Source: Lytechinus pictus
Taxonomy: Eukaryota
Assembly: GCF_037042905.1 (NCBI RefSeq)
Contig: NC_087257.1
Location: 23,622,001-23,686,000 of the forward strand
Length of the DNA stretch: 64,000 nucleotides
Reading direction: 5' to 3'
A program made the position numbers and the translations under genes. Position 1 is the stretch's first letter, and every line of letters begins with the position of its first letter. This document shows, in pieces, positions 12,901-26,172 of the stretch. Under the pieces are notes generated by a model. It made no database searches. It was not told the origin of the DNA and saw nothing but the letters and a program-made list of their open reading frames with translations.

Positions 12901-15900
12901 CCTTGCGAATTTTCGGCCTGTCCGCTGCAACTGATAGATGGCGCATCGTATTGTGAATCCACCGAATTGCAATACATCACTGCAATAGTCAGGGGTCCAT
13001 TGCAAAATGAGTTGGAATTAAGGGGGGGGGGGAATTACACTGGTGCTCAGAGCGAATTTGTCTCTGAAATGCCCAAACGAGCCTAGTAAATTAAAAAAGA
13101 GCCCCTGAAAATTCCCATTCACTGCAATATTAAAGCTTAACCAATGTAGAAGACTAATAGGCAATCGGTTATGAAAAGTAGCCCCTGAAAATGAAAAATA
13201 AATAAATAATTTTTTGCCTCTTTGGAATCAAATACAAGCCCCAACATAAAGCTCAACATGCTTTTCATGCACTCAAAAGAGTCTAATAAGGACTTATTTT
13301 TTTTTAAAGTTAGATTTCTATAGTTGCATTCCAAATTATCTCTTTCTGCATCTGGCCCCTGATTGTGGCCATTACTTGTGTATTACAGACTCTTTAAAAC
13401 CTCATTTTAGCGAAAATCTCTCAAAAATATTCAGTTGTAACTTCAATTAAAAAATTGAGTGCCTGGAGTGGCCCCCCATTACAGAGTGGTGAAGTGGGTT
13501 CTATTTGGATGCGTTTCATATCACCTCTTCATAACGAAGCACTCCTGATCGGTCATACAATCCACAAATAAAGCACGCCTAGGACACATGAATGTGACTA
13601 TGATATGGAGTGCGCTCTGACTGCATATACAATTCACTTTCATGACATGCAATGGACATGTTCTTGCATGCTGATGAGACCAGCGAATGACTTTATAATG
13701 CATCACATTATAGTGCCACTGGGGAGAAGTGATTTTCAAAGAGAGGGAATATAGCTTTTATTTGAATGGTATTAATACTAGCTTGTCAGTGAAAAGGCAC
13801 CCCCCCCCCCAAGTAAATAAAATAAAATAGATTTTAAAAATATTAAAAAAATAAAAGTTTTTGAATTGCAAGAGATCTCTACTTACTGGGCTAAAGAAAA
13901 AAAATAAAAATCTGAAAAGGGGCCGAAATGGGGGAAAAGGCCCATGCACAGAAATTTGGCATTATCCTCTCATTTTACCAGCCTTGAAGAACAGAAACAT
14001 ACAGAGTATGAACAGGGCAGCATTATTTGAGAAAAAATCACCCCCACACCCACACACACACCATGCACATGAAACTACAAGTACTATCAATTAATTCAAT
14101 TTACAACATCATCCACAATCCTGGACTATCTGATATTCTAGAGGAAAAAATAGCAATATAAAAATAAATAATTATTTGACTAACAATATCCATAATCTAA
14201 ATGAGATGTGAAACTACTGGTTATAGCATATATGCTATAGGTAGAATGACTTTGCATATATAAGAAACAAAGGGTAGTCTTTAAAAGCCAAATCAATTCA
14301 TGCAATCTATGTTAATCGAACCACTAATAACTCTCTGAATTCACAGTTAATTGTGGTCTTAAGATCACCTTCAAAGATTGACATGGTTTGTAAAAGCAGT
14401 CAAATGTTGTGAAACAATGGGAACTACGTGTGGCTGAAAATCAAACTGTTGAGAAAAAAAAATTGCCAACACAAATAAGTACACATGGGCACGTGATAAA
14501 GAGAAAAGTCCCCATTAATGGGAAAATTTCTTTCTTGCTTTGCTATCAACTCAGCAAATTTAACATTTTCAAACAAAAATTAGTTGGCACATATTGTGGT
14601 AATTTGTCGAATTATGTATTCAGTATTCACTGCTATAATCACACCTGAAATTCAAATTTCAAGAAAGTCATTTGCTAAAACTATAACTGGCAACCTATCA
14701 ACAAGACTCACTTCCATGTGTTACAAAACTGGTTGAAAATTCTTAAATTTGTGAAAAAAATATTTCCACTGACTCAAAAAATAGGGTCATGGCAAAAAGG
14801 ACCTAATAACCAAAGTTTGTTAACCTCAATTTGATACCGATGTTTGAGCTCGCCGCTGAAGCAGATCTATTATTTAGGGTATTTTCTCTTCACTTTGCAT
14901 GTTGAATTATGCATGTCATTATCTTTGCTTGGTCCAACACCGCTAATGAAATGCAAGCAAAGATGTATTAACGACATGAGCAAATACACTGTCCAGTCTA
15001 AACCCGCTTTTAGGAAGATAATTGCAACAATGTATGTAAACATAGATCCTGTAGTCAGTGCTGGTGTTATTGCAGTATGAAAGGGTTTACTTTTTAATAC
15101 TTACAGCACATGTAGCTTCAAAACAGAAACCATTACTCGCTTAAAAACAGTAACGATTGCTGCACATGAGTTAATTGAAAATGTTTTTCTCTTGAAATGA
15201 ATCATCACCCATCAACTCAAATGTATGCAAATTGTACTGAAAGCTTTTTAGCCTTCAGCTGCATTGTCTTATGTACACTTACATAAAAATCATCCCTTTG
15301 CCTTTTAAACAAATTATTGAATTAAAGTTCAGTCACAATTTTTGAAAACTCACACGTAATTCATTGCGCACTCCTTATTTATCTAAATAATGTGGGCACA
15401 CTTCTGGATATTACCCTCTCTTAATGAAATACTCTAGATCGTCCCTTGACCAAGGACATATCAACAACATCAAATATCTAGGGAATATAAATTAAAGCAT
15501 ATGTACATAATTACAGTATAATAAATCAAACCATATTCTAAAAAGAAAGGTATGTGAATGTATTATACCAGTATATCTATGCTTTCCCATTTTCCACCTT
15601 AGTATAAAAACATATCTCTTACATAAATTGTCTTCTGTTCAATCTTCTATGGTCATTAAAGCTCAAAGCCTACCAATAATATCCAGCTCGTTTTAATCAA
15701 CTCAAACACCTCAGATTTATTGGACATCTTCAACATCTCAACAAAATGTCAACGCAGCAGACATCCTCAACGAGCTCTCGAAGACGGACGGTTAACGAGT
15801 GTTTCATTGAGCTCCAATGTTCAAAATTAAACTTTCCCTTCCAATATTAACCAAGAGACACTGAGGTCTGAAACAAGGTAAATTCATGCGGTTACTTGCA

Positions 15901-16129
15901 GAGATTGCATTTGCACTAATTTGCAATCAATTGCTTGCAAGTTGCAACAATCAATCTCCAATTCGAAATTAATAAATTTGCAAATGATCATTTGAATACA
16001 AATTTGCTCAACATCGGTCATTGCAAACCAATCTGTTTCATGAAATAATCAACAAAATACTGTACAGGCCAATAAAGCATAAAGTTGCTTATTATCATCA
16101 TCATCATCACCATCCTCACCATCACAATC

Positions 16130-16355
16130 NNNNNNNNNNNNNNNNNNNNNNNNNNNNNNNNNNNNNNNNNNNNNNNNNNNNNNNNNNNNNNNNNNNNNNN
16201 NNNNNNNNNNNNNNNNNNNNNNNNNNNNNNNNNNNNNNNNNNNNNNNNNNNNNNNNNNNNNNNNNNNNNNNNNNNNNNNNNNNNNNNNNNNNNNNNNNNN
16301 NNNNNNNNNNNNNNNNNNNNNNNNNNNNNNNNNNNNNNNNNNNNNNNNNNNNNNN
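16130..16355. other. Assembly gap inside a (CAT/CAC)n microsatellite (16091-16505)
   Basis: Ns flanked on both sides by CAT/CAC triplet repeats. Confidence 1.
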
Positions 16356-16919
16356 GCAGCATCATCATCCTCACTATCAGCATCATCATCACCAACACTA
16401 TCACCATCATCATCACCACCACCACCACCATCACCATCACTATCATCATCATCACTATCATCACCACAATCATCATTATTCTCACCATCACAATCATCAT
16501 CATAATTTCAGTCAGCATATTCCCTCCTGAGCATTCTCCTCATTCAGAGAATCCAGAACGACCTATTGTTTAATATGGTTTTGTTTTCTTGTGTACAGCA
16601 ATGACAATGTAAACTATACTTTAGCGGGAATTTCAGTTATGCTTCTAGGATGATGTATTAAACATTGTTAGGAGTTTGTGCATGCCTTTTATTTATATAA
16701 AAAGACAAAATCTGAGCAAAGTTTTATAATCATATTTTTCCACTTTTTTCCCTCTCGTAAACTTAATCATTTGGAATTGCTTTAAAAGTGGGCAAATGGT
16801 GGTTATAAAGTGACATTTTCTTTCAATTATTTGTTTTTTTTCTAATAATTTTGTTGTTTAATTGACTATTTTCCAGATGGCAAGGGCATTAAAGCTTCCT
16901 TTACATGTAGCATATCCTG

Positions 16920-17047
16920 GGCCCATAACACAAAGCTTAGCAATGATCATAGAACATTTTTCTACGATTGATTGCATTGACTACAATGTACAATCAATCA
17001 TGAAAATCAAGCGTACGATTAATTGCTAACCTTTGTATTACGGGACC
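16920..17047. mobile_element. ~130-bp Harbinger-like MITE, CTG TSD
   Basis: CTG|GGCCCATAACACAAAG ... CTTTGTATTACGGGACC|CTG. A near-identical copy lies at 29880-30008 and a diverged one at 34378-34508. Confidence 0.85.
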
Positions 17048-17335
17048 CTGGACACCTTTGGAAACTATATATCAGAAAGCACTTCCAGTTGGTATCCTCT
17101 CTAGGTTCAGCACCATTAGCCCAAGTTTATCAGTCCCAAGATACTCAAAGGCCAAGACAGAGGCTCCCAAAACAATGATTTTTATTCTTTATAAACATAA
17201 GATGTTGAAATCATTTCAAGACTTATCAGAAAGCACTTTAGGGGTTCATGTTCTTTATCATGGGAGAATCCCCACTAGTTTATGTTTAATCCAATCTATA
17301 TAGATAAACATCAAGCTTATAGCAACTCAGACAAT

Positions 17336-17733
17336 AGGCGGTGCTGCTCCAGCCGAGTTTGCTCAATCTCGATATTTAGCCAGATCAGCCCTCTTCACGA
17401 TCAATCTCAAGATTCAAGAAACGCCATCTCCACCAGCGCAAGAAGAGCAATTCGCGCTCAAGCAGGGCATCAATGCATTATGGAGTGACGCCATCAATAA
17501 ATAATCCCGAGTGTGTCTGCACCTGCGAATTAGCGGGATAATTCATAAATAGCGTGCTTTTTTGCAAATAATCCTTTTTTTGACTTGGGATTGCCATCTT
17601 AAGATTAATCCAGCGAACTATCCCAATGATTGCATCTCCATTACAATAGTCTCGAGATTGTTCAGATCGGGATAATTTGCCAAATCAGAAATAGCGCGAT
17701 CATTTGAAAACTCTGGCTGGTGTAGACGGACCT
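17336..17733. mobile_element. GC-richer non-autonomous DNA element with degenerate TIRs
   Basis: AGGCGGTGCTGCTCCAGCCGAGTTT versus the reverse complement of the right end, AGGTCCGTCTACACCAGCCAGAGTTT; repeated internal ATCCC/GGGAT and ATCTC/GAGAT motifs. Confidence 0.5.
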
Positions 17734-18243
17734 AGAGAGTCTAAAATGACATATTCAGTGGTTCAGTGGTTTCAGGTCAGTTCTCATTAGCCTAAGTTTA
17801 ACACAATCTGTAGCTTAGCAACCAAGTTTTGATTTTATTATGATACATGTAGGCTAGAAGGTTGATAAACTTTTCAGAACTTATCAGGTCATATCCTTTT
17901 ACATGTAGGTCCATTCTCGTTATCCAAAATTCAATACAAGACGTAAACACAAAGCCTTACACCCAAAGATAGATAAACTTTTTAACGCTTTATCAGCTAG
18001 CACTTCCAGGTCATATCATTTTTATGTCCAAGTTTAATACAATCTAGAGACAAACACCAAGCTTAGCAACAAGGTTGATAAACTTCTCAAAACTTTCTCA
18101 ACACTTATCAGATACCACTTCCAGTCCATATCCTATTTAGGTCCATTCTCATTAGCCCAAGTTTGATATTTATCTTGAGGTATACATCAAGTTAATCAAC
18201 AAAAGACAATGACATTTACAGGATGGAGTATACAGACAAAATT

Positions 18244-18388
18244 CCTACCAGGTACCCATTACCTCACCTGGGTTGAGTGCAGCACAGTTTGGATAAATTT
18301 CTTGAAGGAAAATACGCCATGGCTTGGAATCGAACCCACATCCCTCATATTGAGAGCCGCGTCATGACCACAAGACCACGACACCCCC
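18244..18388 (-). mobile_element. SINE copy (head and core, 3' truncated)
   Basis: Reverse complement of the core (GGTACCCATTACCTCACCTGGGTTGAGTGCAGCACA) and of the B box (GAATCGAACCCAC). Confidence 0.8.
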
Positions 18389-19164
18389 ACTACCGTTATT
18401 ACTCGGTTAAAAGGGTGCAGTCAATGTAAAATTTCTGATAAATCTCTCTTTAAAATGACAATTTACTGGTATTTTATTAAATGCCCAACTGACAGAGTAT
18501 CACTTCAAATAGGATATTGTTTTAGGAAGAAGGTTATTGATACTCTGAAAAAAAATCGGCTAATGACAATACGCCTACTGACTTGAAACCAGGTCCTATT
18601 TTGAAATACGAGAAGCCCAATCGAGGCATGGTGACACAGATGTAAGGCATGACCTACAAGCCTGTCTGTTTTGGTGCTTATCGCTTTACACACCTGAGCT
18701 ATTCTCTTGAATTAAAAAATGGGATCGGAAAGTGTTGGTATGGTTTTAAGGATACCGGTAACCGGGTTCCTGTACATGTCATCCTACAGTTTTAGTGTAT
18801 GTGGACTGGGAAGGTGTTGCGTAAGATGATGGAAAAAGGTATGGTGCTCAACTTCCTGTATTGACCACAACAGTGACAGCAAAAGTCAAATCATAGCATA
18901 AAACAAACCATTGTTCATTGTAATATCTGAATAGTAAATCAACCACATTTTTAAAATTTCCTCCTGCAAAGAGGAGCATAATACATGTAGGTAAAATAAG
19001 TGAATTTGTCTATCAAAGAAAAGTCTTAAATGGCAAACAAACCATATCTCTTCATAACAAATAAGGAGTACTATTGCATGAAAATTTTCATGGAAGAACT
19101 CATTCGTATTGAAAATTTGAATTAATATAATAGGGCATGTGTATATATATAGTTCACATCTACC

Positions 19165-19397
19165 TTGTCAGGTGCCCGAGGCACTCCTATTACCCTAGCT
19201 AAGCTAGTCTACCAATTCCAGTGGTCACAGCTTTTTGAGGAATTACTGTACTGCCGGTACCCAATGAGACACCAGGGTTGAGTGCAGCACATTGTGGATC
19301 AATTTTGTACGGAAGGAAGTTAGGCCGTGGCTAGGATTTGATCCTATGACCCCCTGATTCAAAGTCCAGAGACTAATCCACTGGAACACAAGGCTCC
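19165..19397 (-). mobile_element. Diverged SINE copy
   Basis: Reverse complement of the core (CCGGTACCCA...GGGTTGAGTGCAGCACATTGTGGATC) and of the tRNA head (CAAAGTCCAGAGACTAATCCACTGG). Confidence 0.78.
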
Positions 19398-19430
19398 ACA
19401 AAGTGGGTTGATATAGAGTATGCAACATTT

Positions 19431-19584
19431 ATACCTCGGTCACATTTGCTCTACGGCGGCCATACGGCAAGTCGAAAACAGCCGTTTTAACATTTTTTTG
19501 TACCAGCTACATATAGGTGGTTTGAATAAAGATGAATAAAACGGCTGTTTTCAACTCGCCGTAGAGTAAATGAGACCGAGGTAT
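19431..19584. mobile_element. ~150-bp MITE with ~27-bp TIRs
   Basis: ATACCTCGGTCACATTTGCTCTACGGC ... GCCGTAGAGTAAATGAGACCGAGGTAT, with an inner inverted pair AAAACAGCCGTTTT / AAAACGGCTGTTTT. Confidence 0.85.
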
Positions 19585-21286
19585 TCGTACATGTATGGAC
19601 ATGGATAAAACTTCAAAATCTGATATGCATGTACATACAAGTTTAATTCATCATGTCGGTGATGATGGGGTGTGCGAAAATGTTTCCCTAAGGGCGTTCT
19701 TGCACTGACATGACGAGCATTGTATTTGGGTTAGGCTACTTTTCACAATAAACCATAAGCCAATTCCTTTTATACACAAGAGTGACGATGCAGTAATCTG
19801 ATATTACCATTGGCACAAACAAAATCTGTAGATCCCATTTAACATGCTTCCATAACCATGCCAATATAACTGTGAAATATGGCTAATCATGCAACAACGA
19901 TAGTGATAATAATCTCATCAAAGACTGAGAAAGGCAAAGCAAAGTATACAAATATATATAGCTGTTGTCAATAAAAATGTGTTTTTTTCCTAATTCTCTT
20001 TGTATATATATCAATAAAAGAACTCCTTGATCAAAATAAAATGTGAGTTTAATAAATAACAAGTAGGGCCTAACCCCTACCAAATTAGAAAGATAATGCA
20101 CCATAGTCCATAAACCATACCTTCATTATCGTGTAATAAATTCATAATAGTCATGCTCTTTTAAAAGGCGAGATTCGTCACTATTGTGTTGAGCGCGATT
20201 CTTGCCGCCCGAATCACCTTCCTTTCCGGAAAGCGTCTAACTTGGATGAAAATTCAAGCCTGGGATGATTAGAAATGGCACCCGAAGTGATTCCTTCATT
20301 TGGCAAACACTCTGACCTATCAGAAACATTAGGTGATCTGAATAATTCACCACTGTTTTTCATCTGCCCAAAGCCTGTGGGGTGTTAACTTGTTCGATTC
20401 TCGCTTTAGATATTTCCATCGAAAATTATGCGTTGGCTATCGGAACCTGCTGGCCCCACATTAGCTTATGAGAATACATAGTAGATGATATATAGGAGTG
20501 TAGAGACTATGAAGAGTACTTACAAAAATATCAAATTTTACACTCGACTCTATACCCTATACAGTTTCATAGTAGACCTCACAAAATTTCATAATAGAAT
20601 TTGAGACAAATCTGGAACAATATCATTAATAAATCAATCACAACTATTTGTAAGACGGGACCCTCAGACCTGCCAACCTCTGGGAATGAAAAAGTGTATT
20701 CTGTGATTAAAAAAGTGTATTTTTCCCCCCAAAAGTGTATTTCATAATAAAATGCGTGGCGCACTCGCTCATTGCGGCGCTCAAGCTGCATCCAAGCTAA
20801 AAATGCGCATTGCTCTTGCAGATGAAAAAAAAAAACATTCAAACATGTGTATATCTCACCATGTTTTTAACAAAATGATTGAAAAAAAACAAGTTACCTG
20901 AAATAACATTGATCTAATAACCATATTTGTGTAAGTTTTACTTTATGAAATAGAGACATAGAGATGATTTTTCTCAATAAATTACGATTTTGTAAAAAAA
21001 AAAAAAAAATTGAATACAAAATAAATGTAACATCAATTACTCACTGAAAATTGATTGTTTGGAAGAATATCTATCATGCAGGATGCTCAATTCAACAAAT
21101 GTAGTGTTAGGTTTAACATTCTTTAATATTAGAAGGAAGTTAAAAGTTCATGGGTTCTGAGGAAATTAGTTTAACAGGCCTGGGCTTGTCTATCGTTATT
21201 TCAGCAAAAACCCTTTCCCCTGCATTTCCTATTGAGAAGACTGGAACTGGAAGTGAAAGCTCATTAGGGTTGGTTGTGATGTAATA

Positions 21287-21742
21287 AGGTGGTTTCAAAC
21301 CGCCTCGATCATAAGAATCCCCGTTAAATTAAGAGAACATTTTTTAGGCTAAAAAGGGCCCATTAATTATTCCTGCATTCACATCGCCCCGAAACATACC
21401 CTTCGTAATAAGTTCCTGAAGTTACAAGCATGCACAGTATGGTCTGATAAGCAAGCGAGGCGCGAGATTCACTAGCTCTGCAGCCACCCAACTACACGCT
21501 GGGCTAAAAGTTCCCGTAAATTGCTTTCACATTACCAAAATACCTGCGACCTTGGAAAATCCCCATGAAAGTTCTCGTTATTTTGACAAGTACCTACTAT
21601 TTAGTGGGTACTTTTTTTAAGGGAGATTACACGCAATTTACTTTCACATTGCCAATATTACCTGGTATTTTTTTATCCGGGTAAATTTCCCAATCAGAAA
21701 ATACCTGGAACAGACGAACTTCGAGGCGGTCTGAAACCACCT
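21287..21742. mobile_element. Harbinger-like MITE with 22-bp TIRs
   Basis: AGGTGGTTTCAAACCGCCTCGA ... TCGAGGCGGTCTGAAACCACCT. Confidence 0.85.
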
Positions 21743-23629
21743 ATTATTTCAGCAAAAAACCCTTTCCTATTGAGAAGACTGGAACTGGAAGTGAAAGCTC
21801 GTTATGGTTGGTTATGATGTAACAGAAGTCAACTATATATATACGCTATTAGACATGTCTATTTTGAGATAAAGATCGTTTTTCATTTGAATTTTGAAAT
21901 TTGTATTTACATACTGTATACTGAATATTTCAAATACAACCCCACCAAAAATGATAATTGGACACCTTAATCAAAAAGGGAAAACTTGAATTCATTATTT
22001 CATTTTGCAGTACTTTGTAAATTTATTCCCTTTGTAGAACTAATTTACAGAGACTATTATTGCCACAAGAGTACAAAAAATAAATCTAGTACTCTGCCCC
22101 CCCCCCCCCACCATCTCCCAAATGGCTCTGCTCTAATCAGACATCCTTATAAATCATAACAATTTGCTGTAACATTCTCTTATCTCTGTTTATAAAATTA
22201 TACTTTAATATTGTTTAATGTCGGCTTGAACTACGCAGTGTACCGTAAACCATGTTTTCACAAAACCTGTTTTTCCAACTCGGCATATCTTTGAAGTCGG
22301 TCGTTTATTGACAAGATCCCTGCAGCTTGAAAATGCATACAAAATGTAAGTTCGTGTACATACATGTAAGATTATGAAAACTTTCATTGACATTATTGAA
22401 GTGGAAGAGGCAAAGCCGGCATAAAATGCAATCAAGATTCGGCCCATTGACATGGATGAAATCAGACAGTGCACCGGTTTTACAGTAATCTTCTCATTCA
22501 TGGATGATGTCGTGGAGGAGAGGAAGATTGCAAATTATCAGCATCTTCATACCCGACCAATCATAGAAAATGATTGGTATTTTCTTTTCTGATCCAGAAT
22601 GTTTTCTGGGATTGATCATGACATTGGCATGGCACATAAGGATTGATATAATCAAGAGTAAAGCAGTATAACTAAACCGGACTACCCTCCACCTTATTTT
22701 ACCATTTGTAATAAATAAAATGTGAATGAATAACTAATAAACAAATAAGTAGGCCTAATACTAAAAAGCATGTTTTTGTTGCAACGAGACCAAGATCAGA
22801 AAACACCTTGTATTTTTGCCTATTAAAGCAAATTTCTTAATAATCCCATTGAAAATTATCAAAAGTTGATAAATACATTATATTACCAGAAATGTTTTCT
22901 CAAATGTTGGAGGGATTTTCGCAGTGTGAAAGCAAATTTCAACTACTTTATTACATTTAGATGAAGGAAACAATAATGTGCATCTTTTCATACAAAATAT
23001 AGGAATATCTCATTGATGGCTCAGAACTTTAATTGTAAAGATAGGTATGAATAAATTATCAGGTATTTTCAGGCATGAACAAGTTCTCGTAATTTACAGG
23101 TACTTTTGTAATCGAGTCGGTCTGGAAGAGCCTACATGTAATGTAGAGGTAGGGGTTTCTTGGACATGAAATTTATCTAACCCTTTAACTGCTAGATTTG
23201 GTAATGCCTACTGGGTTAATGCCTGGATTTCCATTGGTTGCGGCAATGGGTTAATTAACTACAGTGCTATATGGGAAGAACCTATGAACAGAAGAAGAGA
23301 GACAAATCACAGTACCGTTATTGTCAGCATAGGAAATACATCAGGGCGACAGACATTTTCACCCTCATGACATCCAAAAAGAGAAACTGAAATTTGCAAC
23401 ATGGAATGCTTTGGGGCGTCCATGCACCTTTTCCTAATATCTGCCAAAAACAATATTCAAGAACATATAGTAAACCAATATTCTACAGCATTATTGCATG
23501 TTGAGCAAAAAAGGCAGGCCTTGAATGAAAGACAGGTATAGCCCCCAAATTCAGCAATCACCCCCAATGAGCCCCCCCCCCCCCACAAAATATAGCCCCT
23601 TGAGATTATGATTTCCTACCCTGTCACTA

Positions 23630-23990
23630 GGACAGGGGGAAAGACAGACAGGCAGACAGAAAATGGTAGCAGAGAGCAGAATTACAAAGAAAGTGAAAGA
23701 TGAAACAATGGAAAAAGACAAGGAGAGAAATAAGGGTGACATAGACAAAAAAGACAAAGAGACAAGGAGACATGGAGAAAACAGAGAGACAGCAAGGGAG
23801 ACATACATCAGCAGACAGAACAGAGGGAAAGGATACAGATGGACAAAGAGAGAAAAAAAAAACAGAGACAAAGAGATGATTGCATGAGACATAAAGAGAC
23901 ATTCAGTATAGAAAAACTGATTGACAGACAAATTTTGGGGGAAAAAAATAAAGGGATCAGACAGAGCCAGAGCGACAGCGAGAAGTGTAG
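23630..23990. repeat. Purine-rich (GA/GACA) low-complexity tract
   Basis: Direct inspection; similar purine- or pyrimidine-rich tracts at ~30980-31170, 32185-32345 and 44855-45120. Confidence 0.8.
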
Positions 23991-25924
23991 CTTTAGGGGG
24001 CAAAACAGGAGGCAGATGTTAGGCGCACTAAAACAAAAATAATCGGTATTGACAAGGACTTGTCTGGAGGCGAGAAATAGGCCATCGCCTGTGCATTATT
24101 CATCACAAATATGTAATGGGATAGGAGGCTTAGATGGATGATAGTAACGGCTGGTGGATTTAACAAACGCATACGGCCAGATGTACTGCGTTAACACATG
24201 GAGTAATTGACTGCACAGATGCGAGCTGGTGATCGCTATTTCATGATTTGTTTATTGCTGATGTTAGGGGCAAGCTGTTTTGTTTGTGTATTTTGTCACT
24301 TCAAGATTCAAGCCTTGGGCAAGTTTCTGAGAACAGTACAGAGGCAGTATTAAGGATGAATTTTCCTAAATTGTTTAAAAATTGAAAAATTCCATCTACA
24401 TGTAACTTGTAAAATCAACTGTATTTTGACAAGCAAATAGTGTAAAGTGTGTAAATACTAAATTCCAACGGTGTATGACATCATGTCAACATATATATAC
24501 ATAAAGACACACTAAAAAAGATATTCATTTTTAGAGAAAGGAAACGTGGATCCATGTCAACCCATTCATGTGACATGGCATTTATCTACATTTGCCACTC
24601 TCTACCCTGGTAAAAACCTGAATGCATCATTTTTTATCAGTAGCTTTGCATATTTGGGTATAATGTCATGTTGGGTATAACATTGGGATGTCTTTGTCAT
24701 CTTGCATATATGTTACAGAATCAACTTTAAAGACTTGTAAACACAGGAAGACAGATCAGATTTTACAATTAATAAGAAAGTTTCCAATTAAACTGTCACA
24801 ATTTTCCAAACCTTTAAACCTCACAAGCTTAATTTCATTTCCAGGCAAAGCCCAATGCTTCTTTCTTTTTTATTACACAAGCATGTTGCTCAATCATCTG
24901 ACAGCTGCGTACAGCATGCTCTATTCAGGAAAACAAACTTTCGAAAAATCTATAATTTTTATCATTTCCGTTTGACTTGAATAGATGATATTGATCATCA
25001 TTTTTCACTTCAATTGATCTCTCCTCTTGACAAGCCCCATCAAAACATTCTTCCATAAAAAAATTGAATACAGAACGTCATTATCAATAATATGTACGTA
25101 AGTAGCATTGATGTCCTTAATAGAATATTTAAAAATCAACTCAGACAAATGTATACGTAAACACAGGGAGATAACATAACAGATCGAATAATATAATCAA
25201 TAACAAAATTTCCAAAACAATCCTCACAATTTTCCAACCCATTAGACATTGCAAGCTCAATTTCACATCTACATGTAGTCAAACCTTAGCATCAGACATT
25301 TGATTGCACAGACCTCAAAATCTATTGATTGCATAGCGTAGTGAAAAGGAATCTTTATCCAGTTATATCAGTAGTCAATATGCCCGATTACCCGTCTTTA
25401 TGAGATTAATTTTGCAAGAAAGCCGGCTATACTGGTACAATGACCATGTTACTCGATACATGCACAGTGAATGCAGTTACATGTACAAATTATACAAAAT
25501 AGGAGGCCCAGCAACGAAGCCATCATTGACCAGCAAAAAGACTTTCCGGTAGAAAATGTGGTGCTAGGAATACATATGTGTAGAATCGTAGAATCAGCTT
25601 TACATGCATATCCATTGATCTTTCTACCTCTGCAGGATAATCAATAGTGGCTTATGTAAAGTTAAATGTACCTGAAACTTTTATATTGAATTATTTGTAG
25701 TGTCATATTTACATGGAATACGTTATAAGTACATGTACCCATGTGATGATTTTTCAATAATCCATACATCGTACAAACTGAATCGGGTGCTAATTTCCAT
25801 CGCAAAACAGATTGAATCAATAAGCAGTAAATTCATGTTGTTGTTTTTTACAATAAGAGAGGATGAAGTAATTGCAACATATTAGAATGATGGCCTCACA
25901 TTGACCCGTGTTTCCAGTTTACAA

Positions 25925-26172
25925 CACTGTAAAAAATATTGGGAAAATTTTAACCAGCACGTGAGTAATTATGTGTCCAACAAATTTGGGGCATTATTTT
26001 ACCCAATGCGGAAAGCATATTGTCCTGTAAGGTTAAAAAGTAAGCAGCAATTTCTCAAGAATGGGCAAAGTTTTCATCACACTGGATAAATAAAGATGCC
26101 CAAAAGAAATGCCCAATGTGGTTGGACACATAATTACCCTCATAGAGCATTTTTACCCCATGTTTAATAGTG
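25925..26172. mobile_element. CACT-terminal MITE, same family as 50597-50852 (opposite orientation)
   Basis: CACTGTAAAAAATATTGGG start; the interior (CCCAATGCGGAAAGCATATTGTCC, CACTGGATAAATAAA) is the reverse complement of 50597-50852. Confidence 0.8.

Noticed and set aside
12560-13090. GC-rich stretch with overlapping 80-109 aa ORFs
   Set aside because: No recognisable domain or splice frame; probably a repeat interior, but I could not define termini, so it is not called.
15760-15875. Candidate ERG exon 3 (acceptor-like TTGTTTCAG and an FNFE-like patch on the minus strand)
   Set aside because: In the required phase there is a stop after about 13 codons and no PVKNE motif.
16018-16573. His-rich, Ile/Thr-rich and Met-rich ORFs; also the ORFs spanning gaps at 12-485 and 1571-2155
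   Set aside because: They are translations of (CAT)n microsatellites and N runs.
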